A stretch of DNA of 55,789 nt, the filler included, from Bipalium vagum (taxonomy: Eukaryota): NCBI GenBank assembly GCA_037834085.1. It is 3 parts of 3 records of this genome, joined end to end, with 100 filler letters (N's around TTAATTAATTAA, not from the genome) between each part and the next. Parts side by side here need not be neighbours in the genome. Positions count along the whole stretch, not along the records: positions 1 to 16,011 come from JBBMKC010132603.1; positions 16,112 to 40,065 come from JBBMKC010204157.1; 1 more part is not named here. The stretch is one strand, 5' to 3'. The notes under the pieces were generated by a model, which was not told the origin of the DNA, searched no databases, and saw nothing but the letters and a program-made list of their open reading frames with translations. The translations under genes were made by a program, and so were the position numbers. This document shows, piece after piece, positions 14,030 through 26,889 of this stretch (its first letter is position 1; each line of letters opens with the position of its first letter).

Positions 14030-14350
14030 TTAATATGGTAGGCTTTGGGATTTCGTTTTTCCAGTGGTATGTGAAACCTCTTTGAGATCAGTATCAATAA
14101 TATTAAACTTTTTCTTTAATGACGAGAAATATTGATTAATACTACAATACAAAATTGGATTCGACAAAAATATTTTTTATTTCAATTAATAAACGAGGTC
14201 AAAATAATTCGAACATATAAACAAATAAAGTTGCTACATTAGCAAAGACAAACCCAGCGAGATACACATGGATGTTAGGACAAAAGAATAATAAAATATA
14301 TCTGACGTTATTACAAAATAACATCTTAGGAAACTTAATAGTTTTCTTTA
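14030..14350 (-). pseudogene. Rhodopsin-class GPCR fragment (TM6-TM7-helix 8-C tail), disrupted
   Basis: Minus strand reads KKTIKFPKMLF...ILLFFCPNIHVYLAGFVFANVATLFVYMFELF*PRLLIEIKNI, then a frameshift to SNPILYCSINQYFSSLKKKFNIIDTDLKEVSHTTGKTKSQSLPY*. NPxxY at 14161-14147; one in-frame stop and a frameshift. Confidence 0.6.
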
Positions 14351-14536
14351 TATATAATCGTAATAATTAAGACGAGTTTTTCTAACATTACCATTTTCAA
14401 TTAAAAGAATTGAAATGGTTTGTAAGTATCTTTTATTTTAGAAGACCAATCTTAAAAATTCCTTTAAAAGATATCGCTTGGTAAGTACTACTAATAGGAT
14501 AAACATAAAAAGCCTAAAAATTAAATAATAAAATGA

Positions 14537-14567
<31 letters not shown>

Positions 14568-15582
14568 AAATTAATTAATTAATTAATTAATTAAAAAATA
14601 ACACATATATATATAATATAACTATAGATTAAAAAAATTAATTTGAAAAAATTAGTACAGCTTTAATTCTATTTTCTCTTTGAACCCAATTTCGTCAAAT
14701 AAAATTAAGTCTAAATAAATAAATAAAAAGAATAAAATTAAATAAATACGCTGTTCTAAAGAAAATCCAGAGTAAAAAATAATTTTTCTATGATAAAAAG
14801 AGAATAAAAACATAAATTAAACGAAAAAGAAAAAGAAAATGAAATGAAATATTTTTAATTTTTGTTCTACAAAAACAGTAAAATTAAAAAATTGAAAGTC
14901 AACTAAAAAATGTAATCACACAATCATCAAATGCAAAAAAATATTATTTTTAATAAATCAATTCAGTGAGAAAATATTTTGAAAAAGGTTAAAGTGTCAA
15001 TCAAGGGAATTTTATTGCTATATTTTATATAAAAATCTAATCTATACTGGGTTTTATAAAAAACGATCAATAAAATCGATCAGAACATTGTATATTTTTT
15101 TTATCCATGGAAAAAAAACAGTCTCTTGAGAAATTTACCGGTTTTTTTCCTATTTTTTTGTTTCCGAAATAAGAATTTGAGAAAAAGATGAAAAATATTT
15201 TATACCAAAATAATCACAATTTTTCGGGATCAATGGAAACTAAGCCATACATTTAAAGAAGTTAATAATGATCAAATGGTCGAAATTCTACTGATCTTTA
15301 GAGATATCACTTTTGGTATAAAGTGATGAAGGTAAATTCTGAAAACAGAAGTATGAACGGCTTCTACTTAGATGTTTCTACGGGGACCCGTATTTATTGT
15401 TGATATTAGAGATTGAAAAATTATAATCTTTAAGAAAATATTTTATAAATATATAAAGAAATTAAAGTAGAAAATATGTTTACATATTCCAGCTGTTTTA
15501 ACTATTGTATCTTCTGATTCAAATAAATTTTATTATCACATTTTGATCTATGCTAAGATTATATCAAACTCTAATATTTATA

Positions 15583-15784
15583 TTTGGTTGTTCGGAACGT
15601 CACTTTACATGTTTTAGTAAAAAGTAAGACCAAACGTTTTTTTAGTAATAAATATTTTTAATCATTTTTGTTCCAAGACCTTTTGCCATCTACAAGGAAA
15701 TTTGAATATACCAATAACTTGAGTGCTTTAAATTAAAATAAAAAAAATGTATAAAAAAGCAAAGTTAACTTCCGAACAACCAAA
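15583..15784. mobile_element. 202-bp mariner-derived MITE / internal-deletion derivative
   Basis: TA|TTTGGTTGTTCGGAAcgtcacttt ... aaagttaacTTCCGAACAACCAAA|TA: inverted termini with a TA target duplication. The internal minus strand reads KFPCRWQKVLEQ (mariner C-terminus). The TIR matches that at 8234. Confidence 0.85.
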
Positions 15785-15907
15785 TATATTGCGGGTGTAC
15801 AAGAAATTAAAATAAGAATAATAAATAAATAATGATAATATTAGTAGTAATATATATTACTTAATTGATATTTAAACAAAATGGTTATTTCACAGAATTT
15901 AACAGAG

Positions 15908-15943
<36 letters not shown>

Positions 15944-16011
15944 CTGGTGTTTATACTGATTAAAATATATTTATAGTTTTTGATATTTTTTTCACGCCTA
16001 TGAGAAACATC

Positions 16012-16111
16012 NNNNNNNNNNNNNNNNNNNNNNNNNNNNNNNNNNNNNNNNNNNNTTAATTAATTAANNNNNNNNNNNNNNNNNNNNNNNNNNNNNNNNN
16101 NNNNNNNNNNN
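16012..16111. other. Artificial scaffold linker N44-TTAATTAATTAA-N44
   Basis: Exactly 100 bp with a central 12-mer carrying stops in all six frames; identical structure at 40066-40165. Confidence 0.95.
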
Positions 16112-18199
16112 TAATAAAAAATTATAATAATATCAATATTTAAATTTTCTTTATAGAACCAGATGTCTAAAAATAGATAAATCATGTTATTATGATGACT
16201 TATCACATAAAAATGTGAAAAATGTTGTCAACCTTTTACTTGAATATTGAAATTTCTCAATATTTTCTCAGATACCAATTTAGAATCGTGTGTCTGAACT
16301 TTGATCACTTAGAGATAAGTTTTCGATTTTCAAAATATAACTATATAACTGCTCAAGCTAATATCTTTACAGCAATATTAGTTCAAGGATGTCATTTGAG
16401 TTTTCCATAATAAAAGATAAGTGAAGTATACATAATTGAAATGGAATCAAAACCTTAGTGTTTATTATAGTTTTATTTCTGTCTCAAAGGAAAATTAAAG
16501 GAGATAATCTTTAAATAGGTTTTATTGAATAATTCTTGAATATTTTGGTTTTTTAAGTACAACAATATTAATATTTATTTTCTATTGGTTTAAAATTTTG
16601 ATTTCTAACGGTTGAAGTATATTATTATTATTAACGGTCGGATATATATTATTTTAACGAGCTTAAACCGTTATTTAACCTAAATTTTAAGTAAAACAAT
16701 AAGTTAAAATTTAAAATTATAATTAAATAAAATTTTTAGAAATATAATTTGAAATGAAGTATTCAATGGAATTTAATTAAATTGCAATTTTAAAAAACAA
16801 ATTATTTCAAATGAAGATAATTTTTTCTTAATAAAATTTATTTTTATCTAATTCTCCAATCGATGTCTTCTCTTTTGAAAACATTAAACTCGGTTAAGCA
16901 CAATTATAAAATTTCATTAGAAAAAGTCAGTCCTATTAAGATCTCAATATTTTTTTAATAATTTCTTTCTTTTTACCTTTTGATCTTTGAATGATAATGT
17001 CCTAATTTTTAGTCTTTGGCTTATTTGACGGACTGTGAAGAGTGAGACTAAATATGTAGAATTGCTCAAATAATGATTGAAGAGAAAAAATGCAGTTTGA
17101 TTTTTTTATAACTCTCCAGCTATAATTTTAAAAATCAGGAAAGCTTTCTAAGGATTTTTAACATTTAATTGTCTATTTGCTTATTATAAATATTCAATGA
17201 TAACTATTCAAAAATTGTACGTATATTTCAGAGAAAAGAGATTGTTTTTTTAAGATCTTTTTGTATAATTGGTGCTGCAAACGAATGTTAAATGGTTTTG
17301 TAAATATTAATCAAACAAGATGAAATAAATTTAGCTAATCTTAATAAATAAAGGTTGATAAATTACAATATCAAGTTTTACCCAAGATTTTATTGAATAA
17401 TTAACTAGCTAAGAATGTCTTTAATTTGTCGAAATTATATTGTAATTAAGTTTTACTCTAAAGGATTTTCACGCTAAATCGTTAATGGAACTTGTTTAAT
17501 TTCATAACATTTCTAGTAAATATTAAAACAAAAATATTTAGATAAAATATGCATTACTAATTTACCGTGCTAATATTAAAATTGTTTATTTTCATTTTCT
17601 ATATTTGGAATAAGACGTGAATAATAAAAATGCTTAATATTTTTTCAATTTATAAATAACTACAGGATTTTTCTATGATTATCTGAACTTCAACTATGAA
17701 AATAATCAAATTCCTCAAATGATACACATTTTTAATCAATTAGAATTGTTTAAAAAATTATATGAAATGAAATTTAAAAAACAATTTGTATTATCTTTCT
17801 GATTAAACTAGGTTTATAAATTATTCTTAACTTTAAACAAATAAATTTTATCTTGATAATCGAAATGTGTTTCATATTTGAAGCAAAAAAGAATTTTATA
17901 TTTCTAGTAATATAAAACAAGGGTAACATTTACTTGGGTGCCGATTTTTAAAAATTAATGTAATCCATATTAAATACCGTGTATCCAAAAAGTTTGGAAA
18001 ACGTAACTTTCAGTCGTCAAAACTTAAGGAAAATGTTAGAAAATTTTCGTTTCGTCGTTAGAAAATTTTTTAAATGTTATTTAACATAGTAGCGAATGTT
18101 TTAATGGTTACATTTTCTTTTCATAATTTTATAAAAATCAATTAGAATGTTGAAATATTTTTTTTCATTTGCTTATTCATGAAGAAATATTTTTGTCAG

Positions 18200-18590
18200 T
18201 GAAATTGAGTCAGATTCAACCAAGATTTGCAGCCAACAGATTATTGCAAATGAGAACAATTCTATCATTGATCTTTGGCCGTCCGGTCCAATCAAGTCAG
18301 ATCAGTTACCTTTTAAACTGACTTCACCGACATACGTTGCCGGCACCGTCGTAACAGACAAAACCAACATTGACAATGAGATTTGCAATCATCAGCATTC
18401 GCTCTATTCCATTGGACATGTGTCGCCATTCTTTTATCCCATTTACCAGCAACCTTTATCGTCCATTCCTTCGTCAGTAATAACCAATAAATGTCATGAC
18501 CACAATTCCTTTCTACCGAATATCGATGAAAATAGATCTTCACCCAATTGTCTTATTCCTGAAGTAGTTGAGGAGATTAATAAAACAACG
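18200..18590 (+). CDS. Internal coding exon of a putative divergent TSC22/bunched-like gene (Ser/Pro/Asn-rich region plus first half of the TSC box)
   Basis: GC-richer island; acceptor ttttgtcAG at 18198-18199, 130 open codons (EIESDSTKICSQ...SPNCLIPEVVEEINKTT), donor GTTAGC at 18591 in phase 0, compatible with the phase-0 exon at 24293. Upstream exons were not found. Confidence 0.65.
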
Positions 18591-19062
18591 GTTAGCACGA
18601 TTAATTTTTGTTGTAATTAAAATCGATTTTTGCTAATTACAAAATAAGTTTTTTCTCTAATTTTTAAAATTTTTAAATTAGAAATTGTCAATTATAATTT
18701 TTAAAAATGAAAATTTTTATTTTACCTAATTGTTTTAATTATCCAATATTGTCAGGAAAATTGATTTTCACAATTTGCTTTTATTAGTTAGTGTTCATGT
18801 TATGATAAATTAACGGGGTTCTAAGATTCCAGAAATGGAATTTAAAATCTTTGAAATAAATAAAAATATTCGAAATACGCTAAATCTTTTTTATAATTGA
18901 GTGTTTTCAAATATTTTTATTTTCATTTATTTTATTTCATTTAAGTTATGTCTATCACTAAATTTTTGGTTTAAAATATTATATATTAATAGTGAAAATA
19001 GGCTATTAATACGCCCGTACGATTTTATGTTGATTTTTATAAAATAATAATAATAATAAATA

Positions 19063-20253
19063 TTGGGGTGAGTCTTAAATAATTTCGTGTTTTGCTTAAA
19101 TATTTCAGTAATTTATTATGTAGTTAGAAACATTTAAATTAATTGAGTTATATACCATTTTAAAGGTATTCAAATATTTTATAAGTAGGTGAATGAAGTG
19201 ATGTAAAATAATATTTGATTTTATAATTGATTTAAGTTCTGATAAATATGAAAAATATAAAATTTGGACAATTCCTTCGACATTACTGGAAACAAGATTT
19301 CAGTGTAAGTGAAAATATTTGCGAGTAGAAGGTTAAGATGTGTCAAGTTGTGGAGCTCAAATGTAGTACAAAAAATCTAATCGCATGAAAGGAAATTCAG
19401 GATCAACAACGTTCCAGCAGACCTGTCAAAATAAATTTTGAAAAGTTAAGCAAAGTAGTTGAAGATAATCCATCGACTAGCAATAGAATGCTATCGTTAA
19501 GGCCATAGACGCTGCAGAGAAGTGCCTCATGATTTAAGAAAAAATCAAGCAGTGAGACGTATTGAAGTATTCACTAAACTGCTTGAAAATTCCCGTTATT
19601 CGCCTAATTGTTACCTTAAATGAAAAATGGATCTACTTTAGCAATCCTCACAAAAAGAATAAAGATTGGATATAGACCACGCGGCTAAATCAGTTCCAAA
19701 AAGAGAATAGTTCTCAAAAAGGTGCTATTCTACGGTTAGTGGAATTATGAAGGCGTCATTCACTTTTAATTAATTCCAAAAAAGACATTAGACGTACAGT
19801 TCTATAATGCACAGTAGTTATATTTAATGTAGAAGAAAGAAGACAGAAGAAGAAATATCTGTCATTGTCAATAGAAAGCGGTTAATCATGCAGAAAAATA
19901 AAATCACCGAGAAGAAAACACTTAAAAAATTAAGGAATTGGAATTTGTTCAGTTTTACCGGATCCAAGATATAGCCCTGACTTTGCTCCATCGGATTATC
20001 ATCTTTTACTAGCTATGACACATTTCTCCGAAGGATGACCTTTATTAATTTGGACTAAGCGGAAAATGGGTGTCAAGAATTTTTCGTTTCCAAAGACAAG
20101 AAATGGTATCATCACTGGATGGAACAATTTGCAAGTAGGTAGGTTAAGACCATTGATGTTAATGTTCTTTACTTTGAGATTTAATAAAAAAAATTACTTT
20201 ACTTTGTTCTTCATTATTTCATTAAAAAGGAAATTATTCATGACTCACCATAA
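19063..20253 (+). mobile_element. Full-length (about 1.19 kb) decayed mariner inside the intron of the TSC22-like gene
   Basis: TIRs TTGGGGTGAGTCTTAAATAATTTC / GAAATTATTCATGACTCACCATAA flanked by TA; RLIVTLNEKWIYFSNP, WNYEGVIHF, YSPDFAPSDYHLL. Confidence 0.9.
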
Positions 20254-21449
20254 TAATGATAATAATAAAATTGATAAATTAATTATTATTTTTGAGAATA
20301 ATGTTCATTTTAGTGAAAGATTTTTATCATAGAGGCCAATAAACATCAAATTTAAAAACCATTAAAAATTAAAAATTATAATTGATAGTTTTTCAGATGA
20401 AAATTTTTTGAAAGAAATACCTTTAAAGCATTTGTTATGAAACTAATTTTGTTAGTAACTCCAAAAAAGTTTTAAAAATGGTTTACGATTTGAAAGAAAT
20501 ATTCAAATTAATTGATTTATTCTAAAGGTGAAACTGGAATACAATTGAAATTTAATGAGACCGAGAAAGAATTTTAGATAGTTAAATAATTTAAATCAAT
20601 ATCTTTAGTTTTTTACATTCCTTTATAATAACTCTTCCGTAATATTAGGAAGTCTTTTCAGAAATTTTTAATAAATTGTTATCAAGATTTTCAAGACAGT
20701 ACAGAAGTTATTTCAACCTATGTTACTTTCGTAATATCTGAATTATTATTTTTATTATTAACATTTTTCTTTTTGTTTTATATTACATTTTATGATAGTA
20801 AATTATATGATTTTTTTACAATAGTTTGTTTCATTTCTTTATAAGAATTTAATTAATTTCAAAATATGCACTGTTTTTATTTTTTCGTTTCAATGGAATG
20901 AATCTATCATTATTTTATTTCAAAAAAATTTTGTAAGAATATTTTACTTTTTATTAAAATTATTTTTACTTGAAATTCTGAATATACTGGATAAAATGTA
21001 CAACAGAAAACAGTGATCATTATTTTCAAGCATACGTACGATATTTATATTTTTAATTCAAAGCATGCTGATTTCAAAGCAAAAATAATAAGAAACACTG
21101 ATGATAAATTTACCACCGTAATTATAATAAAGAAGAATTAATTAAATATCAAATTATAATTTCGTTTGGAGATCAATTTGACTATCAACTGTCAAATAAA
21201 GTCTGCAAGTAAATAACAAATTTATAACAAGAGAGATTTCAGATTTTTGCAGTTGCTTATTGAATTTCTAATTTAAATATTATTATTAAATAATAATTAT
21301 TGTTGATTATATTTTTTCAAATTTATTTTAACACCTAATTTTAGAGATATTAGATTTTGAGGCGGGGAATAGAAAATTCTAACAAATATATTAGTTCCGA
21401 TTGATTAAGATAATGTTTAATTTTAGTAATATTATTATTGGATAAAATT

Positions 21450-21780
21450 TTCTTTTGAGGAGGTAAACCGCTAATTTCAATAAATATTTATTCCTTTGAC
21501 TTAAATTGGAATGTTGCAGTTTTCTTGGCTAAAAAGGCAATTAACCCAGAAAAAGTAAATTAGTTGTTAATAACGGTTCTATGTCAGCATTTTATCTTAA
21601 CTCGATATGGGGTCCACACACAAAAGTAATGAACCAATGCCAAATTTCCATAACTATTCATTTGACCGACAAGCAGCACACGATTTTTAGACTGCAATAC
21701 TTATGACAACACTGCATAGATTTTTTGGAACGGAATTGATCATCATTTGGGTAGATTTTCAAAGAATCCTATTTATATTA
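21450..21780 (+). mobile_element. rosa/DD41D-like transposase relic
   Basis: TAILMTTLHRFFGTELIIIW resembles HTAxxxMxxLxxFFGxRxIS..W of DD41D-type elements. Confidence 0.4.
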
Positions 21781-22244
21781 AACATATTTTATTATGTGCA
21801 ATAATATTTTTTCTATATTGATTAATATTATTGTCAGAGAAAATTAATATGTCCAATAATTTTAATATTTGTATTATTAGAGTATTAATAGAGTATTATA
21901 ATGTAATATTTGTTTGGTTACATTATAAATTTTGCATTTATATAAAAATATCTTTCTCAAAGTATGTTTAATGTATATCCATTATGAAGATAATTTTTAA
22001 AAATATATATCAACTGAATTTATTATCACAATTATTCGATTTGATTATTAAAGGTTTTGAAATTCAGTTGATCAAATAAAATTTTTAAATAAATAAATAA
22101 TATTTAATGTTCATTCAATCTCACTTAGTTTATTTAATAATTGTTAAAAATCATGAAATTTTATAATATTTTTATTTATATATATTTATTTATAATTGAT
22201 TTACTTACCTCTCGTTGATGAATTTCTAAGATGTATTATATAAT

Positions 22245-22330
22245 ATTATTTAATTTCAATTTTATTTAATTTCAATTTTATTTAATTTCAATTTTATTTA
22301 ATTTTAATTTAATTTAATTTTAATTTTAAT
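22245..22330. repeat. 16-bp tandem minisatellite (TATTTAATTTCAATTT)
   Basis: About 4 copies decaying into (AATTT)n. Confidence 0.85.
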
Positions 22331-23479
22331 ATTAAATTGAGCGATAGCATAAATAACTTCTAAATTCATTATTTCTCATGGGTATAATTAGTTAGGTCGT
22401 ATTAAAATATTTGAGATCATAATTAAATCAAATATTAAAGATTGCTGGAGAAGGAGGGTTTTTTATTTTTATATTTTTATTATTCTTTTTGCTTTATTTT
22501 TATAATAAAAATTTTACTCTTGTTTCTCTATTGTTTAAAATTATTGATTGAAATCATTTCTTTTGTTTGAAAGATTACTCTGAAATTATTATTTTAGTTT
22601 TATGAGCCAAAATTTATTTATGGAAATTATTATTGTTGTTTTGTTCTAACATGTAGTCTTCTAAAGGTAATGAACTTAAAACCGTTTTCTAAAAATTCAT
22701 GAAAAATTCATGAATATTTTATTGTCTTTGAAAAATAGTAATCTTTTTCCATAATAACTTTTTAAGAATTGTTTTGTTATTTTTAAATAAAATTTTTTAT
22801 AACTTTTTAAAAAATATTTTAATGAAAGATGAATTTAATACATTCCATCTTTTGATTATTCTAATTTAATTTTTATTAATGGTTGTTTTCATAAAATGTT
22901 CATCACGTTTACTTTTTTAAAGTTTGACTGCAATTATAAGTTTCTACTTATTAACAATTGATATTTCTTTCTAAGGATCTTTTTCATTTGGTAACTAACA
23001 TCACCGAAGAATTGTATTCATAGTTTTATTATAATTTTTTTCTTGAGTTACTGGACATTTAATTCTTGTTATTTTACTAAAATTGATTTTCGATGATAGC
23101 TTATTTGAGTTAATCTGTCAACTTTTAATTGATCATTGATAATTTCTCTTAAATAAAGTGCGTCTACAACTGGATAACAGACAAAAGTGACCGGTCTTTC
23201 AAGTTCAGGACTTATTTATCTTAACTTTAGTTGTGTCTGTTTAAGATCAAATCAAATATCACATAATTTCATTAATCTTGTCTAAAACACAGGAATCAAT
23301 TTATTTTCTAGAAGCTTGGTATTATTAAAAAATAAACATTAAAACTATTTTTAATTTTTAGTTCCTCAAAAATAACAATAGCAATAATAATAATTACATA
23401 ATTCATCAAGGGAAATCGTACAGAAAATCTAAAATATTCATCGTTATAATTTACTTTCCAGTAATTAGACAAAGATATT

Positions 23480-24200
23480 TTTTAAATTTTAATTAAAAAT
23501 GAACTTTCAAATGCACCAAATCTATTAAAGTCAATGAGTGAAGAGAGAAATCACTTCTAAAAACAGAATTTTGAAACAGTTCAGCCTAATAATTGTGCAT
23601 AATATCTTAATGAATGTAACTGTCCATTATTTACAACTTTTCTAATTCCTTGTTACATTGTAAACATTTTCATAGGAAAACATTTTTATTTCTTCTTCTT
23701 ATTCAAAGAGACTTCTATCTGAACATCAATAAGAAAAATGTATGTTAAATATATTTACGTTTCCAATTTCCAAACGAAGTACTTCACTTGCCTTTTTCTT
23801 TGCTTTGTAACATGACATGGAGCATAGTGAAGCAATGAAATAATTGTTTGATATCTTTGATTTTATTATGGTCTATTTCCTTCAATCACAAAACTTAATT
23901 CAATTAAATTACATTAGTGAAGATCACCATTGATACTGATTCTTAATATATTGCAACATTTCTTGATAGAGTACAACCTGGTCCCATCAAACATACTTAA
24001 ATAGGTTATTTTTGTAAATATTATGTTTTCCTCGAAATCAAGTCGTAATTTAATATTTCTAAATCTTATTCATTCCGAGGTCAGGGTTTATTAAACGTTT
24101 CCTCTTACTATTTTCTGTTTCTTTTTTCAAATAATTCCAATGTAAAAGACATAACATTTTCTTTTCTCAAAAATCTCTGTCGTCTATGTTAATATTCTGC
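23480..24200 (-). mobile_element. Decayed Tc1-like relic
   Basis: Remnants VIFTN (cf. VIFTDE), HYAPCHVTK (cf. DNAPCH), VVNNG. Confidence 0.4.
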
Positions 24201-24292
24201 TATGACTTATGATCGATAATTCTTTCATTAATATATAATATTGAAATATCAATTTTCACTGATTTATTAATTATCAAAGAAAACAATTTCAG

Positions 24293-24607
24293 AACTCATT
24301 CAAGTCGATTATTACCAACATTTTTCAATCAGAGTATGATAAACTGATTAATGAAATCAAGCTGCTTCGGAGGTCCAACGAACAATTGGCCTCAGAGCTA
24401 TTAAAAATGAAGGCCAAATCCGACAATTTGGAAAGACTCCTGAAAGAAAAGCAGGGATTGTCCTCAAATGAATTGCTTAGCAATAATAATAATAATAACA
24501 ATAACAGCGATGATGTGCTGGAACGGTCTACAGATTTCAATAATTCAGGAATCCTGGTTCCGGAATTTCAACATTCCCAAATCGAGTGTAATAATAAATT
24601 GATTTGA
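24293..24607 (+). CDS. Terminal coding exon with leucine zipper (putative divergent TSC22/bunched-like gene)
   Basis: Acceptor caatttcAG 24291-24292; frame NSFKSIITNIFQSEYDKLINEIKLLRRSNEQLASELLKMKAKSDNLERLLKEKQG...poly-Asn...NNKLI*. Heptad L-x6-L-x6-L-x6-M-x6-L with Asn at an 'a' position. Aligns ungapped to the recalled TSC22 segment [40 protein letters not shown]. Confidence 0.7.
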   Translation, partial: NSFKSIITNIFQSEYDKLINEIKLLRRSNEQLASELLKMKAKSDNLERLLKEKQGLSSNELLSNNNNNNNNSDDVLERSTDFNNSGILVPEFQHSQIECNNKLI

Positions 24608-25332
24608 TTTTTGAGAGTCGGTTTCGAGAGGTTCTCTCTCTCTCTCTAAATCTTTCTATATTCTGTACCGGTATCATTTTAATGTTGTTATTGTTCAGTA
24701 ATTTAATGCACTATTCTTGTCTCTGTCGCCATGGGGATAGTGGTCAAATATTTATTGTATATTTAAATATTATTATTTAAGGTTTTTAGAAAATCAAGGA
24801 AGATTTTTGTTGGTTGGAATTATTTTTCCTTTATTGGCCTCTGTACCTTTAATGGATATATTAACAATGCATTAATATATAAAAGTTTTCCGTGGTGAAA
24901 TTGCGTCTTATTCTCTTTTTTTAACTTATCTAACTAAAATCCGAGTTTGAGGTTTTTTATTTTATCATTTTAAAAGTGATCATTTCGGAAAAATTAGGTA
25001 AGATTTGTTTTTAGTTCTGATAAATGAAAATTTTTTATTAGTTTACTCATTTCTCAGCGAATCACAAGCACAAAATCAGATTACAATTTTTAAAAAATAT
25101 TTTACAATTTTCATAAAAACTGCAATGATATATTAATATTTAATAATGAACTATATAATGTATGTGATATAATTAGTTCTTAGAAAATAAATTAATATTA
25201 ATAATTTAATAATATTAATAGTTCATGCAGAAATTTGATGAAATTCAATATTTAAAATATTTTACATTATTTTAAACTTAATAGTATTATAAATTATTAA
25301 CAAGTGTAATGATTATATTTTTCACTATTTAG

Positions 25333-26330
25333 TGTAACAAATCTAAGCCTGACTCCAAAAATTTTAGGTGGTGCAAATAAAAACAATCAGTAAAGCAACA
25401 CTTGTATTTATAACTCACAAAATACAATACACTGAAATTCAGAAAGATAATGCAAGAGTCTGGGATCACAATTAATGTCTGAAATGTTACACAACCCCTA
25501 CACTATCTGTTCAAAACACAACATCAATATAATTGCAAAGAATAAATCAAATATAATGGTTTTAATCAAATACGATAATGGTAAAAAATTAATCAATAAT
25601 AATTAAAACAAAATGTTAAAAAAATATGATACAATATTACTTATATAATAATTAGTGTTAATTATATAATTAGTGTTAATATAAAAAAATAAGATAAAAC
25701 AAACAGGAAAAATCTTAAAGTTTAGTTGTCGTTAAAACTCCCGAGCTATCGTCTGAGCCCTAACAGTTGCTCACCGATAACGATCTGGTGGGGAATTTTA
25801 AACATAGCCCAGACATTCGTATGTTTATTATTTACATCGTGGATCTGCTTAGTTGTTGATTCCTCTTCCGTAGCTTCGTTGTATGAATCCTTTGGAGGTC
25901 CGTCTATCTTTAGTAACCTTTGTGCCGTCAGTTAAGCTCCTTTTTGTCGTTTTTCGTCAAAAAAAATTCATACCACACCACACAGTAGAACTTCCATTTA
26001 CCTCAACAAAATAAATTTTTTTGAATTGATAAATCTTTGTCAAATAATGTTTGGTTGTCTGACAGAAACTCATCACCGACTGCTGTATTCTGTGGTTGTG
26101 TTCTCAATAAATGAGACTTAGTTTGATAGTTAGATGGGAAAATAATGCTGTTGTTTGATTGGTGATGAATATTTCTCTTTCTTTTGATGATGAATGCTAT
26201 TTTTGAAATTTATTTTAAATATTTTGCAGGTGAACTGGAATGCATTTGTATCGCTACCGGTCTTTATTCCTAAATTTTCATGGTTGTGTGCGCTTTGTTA
26301 AACAGAAGACGTTGACAATTTTAGGAAAAC
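25333..26330 (-). mobile_element. Gypsy-like LTR retrotransposon 3' relic with a 159-bp LTR
   Basis: TGTAACA...TGTTACA termini at 25333-25491, preceded on the minus strand by a short purine tract AGGGG; upstream GIKTGSDTNAFQFTCKIFK..SIHH (integrase SDNGxQF-like) and terminal PPDRY. Confidence 0.55.
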
Positions 26331-26889
26331 GGCTTAATTTTTTATAAGTGATATTTTCTTCAAGCAATTCAAATTATTATTTGTATATTTTTTTATTACA
26401 ATAATTATATTATAAAATTAATATATATTATATTATATAAAATTTTCCTCATATCCTGGTACAACCTCAGCATTATTCTATAATTAATAGGGTTGCGACA
26501 CAACCCTTTATTAACTTTCTATATTATTTAAATAATTATTCGTATTATAATATTAAGATTTATAATATAGAATTATGTATATTCTCCTGAAATACATGAA
26601 AAAACTAAATATTTTCCTTTATATCGAAAGAAGATTAAAATAAATGATTCATTATTAACTATTTATTATTAAATTATAAATAAAACACCTAATATATTTA
26701 ATGAGAACTTAATGATAACCAAAATTGATAAAAATGAATATATAGTAGAAGGATTTTTATAGACTTCTATCTTAATCAATGAATGATTTTAAAAAAAGAA
26801 CATAAAAAGTAGTATTAAAAAAAATCTACTAGATTAAAAGGTTATATAAAATTTAATATTGATAAAGAAATGAGTCTAAAAGAAATAAT

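Noticed and set aside
21691-21750. 60-nt phase 0-0 candidate cassette exon inside the TSC22-like intron
   Set aside because: The peptide resembles a DD41D transposase segment, the donor GTAGAT is weak, and inclusion would interrupt the TSC-box alignment.
24333-24470. Zipper interpreted as a bZIP (Fos/ATF-like) domain
   Set aside because: No basic-region exon was found upstream; the phase-0 junction and alignment favour TSC22-like, though bZIP is not excluded.
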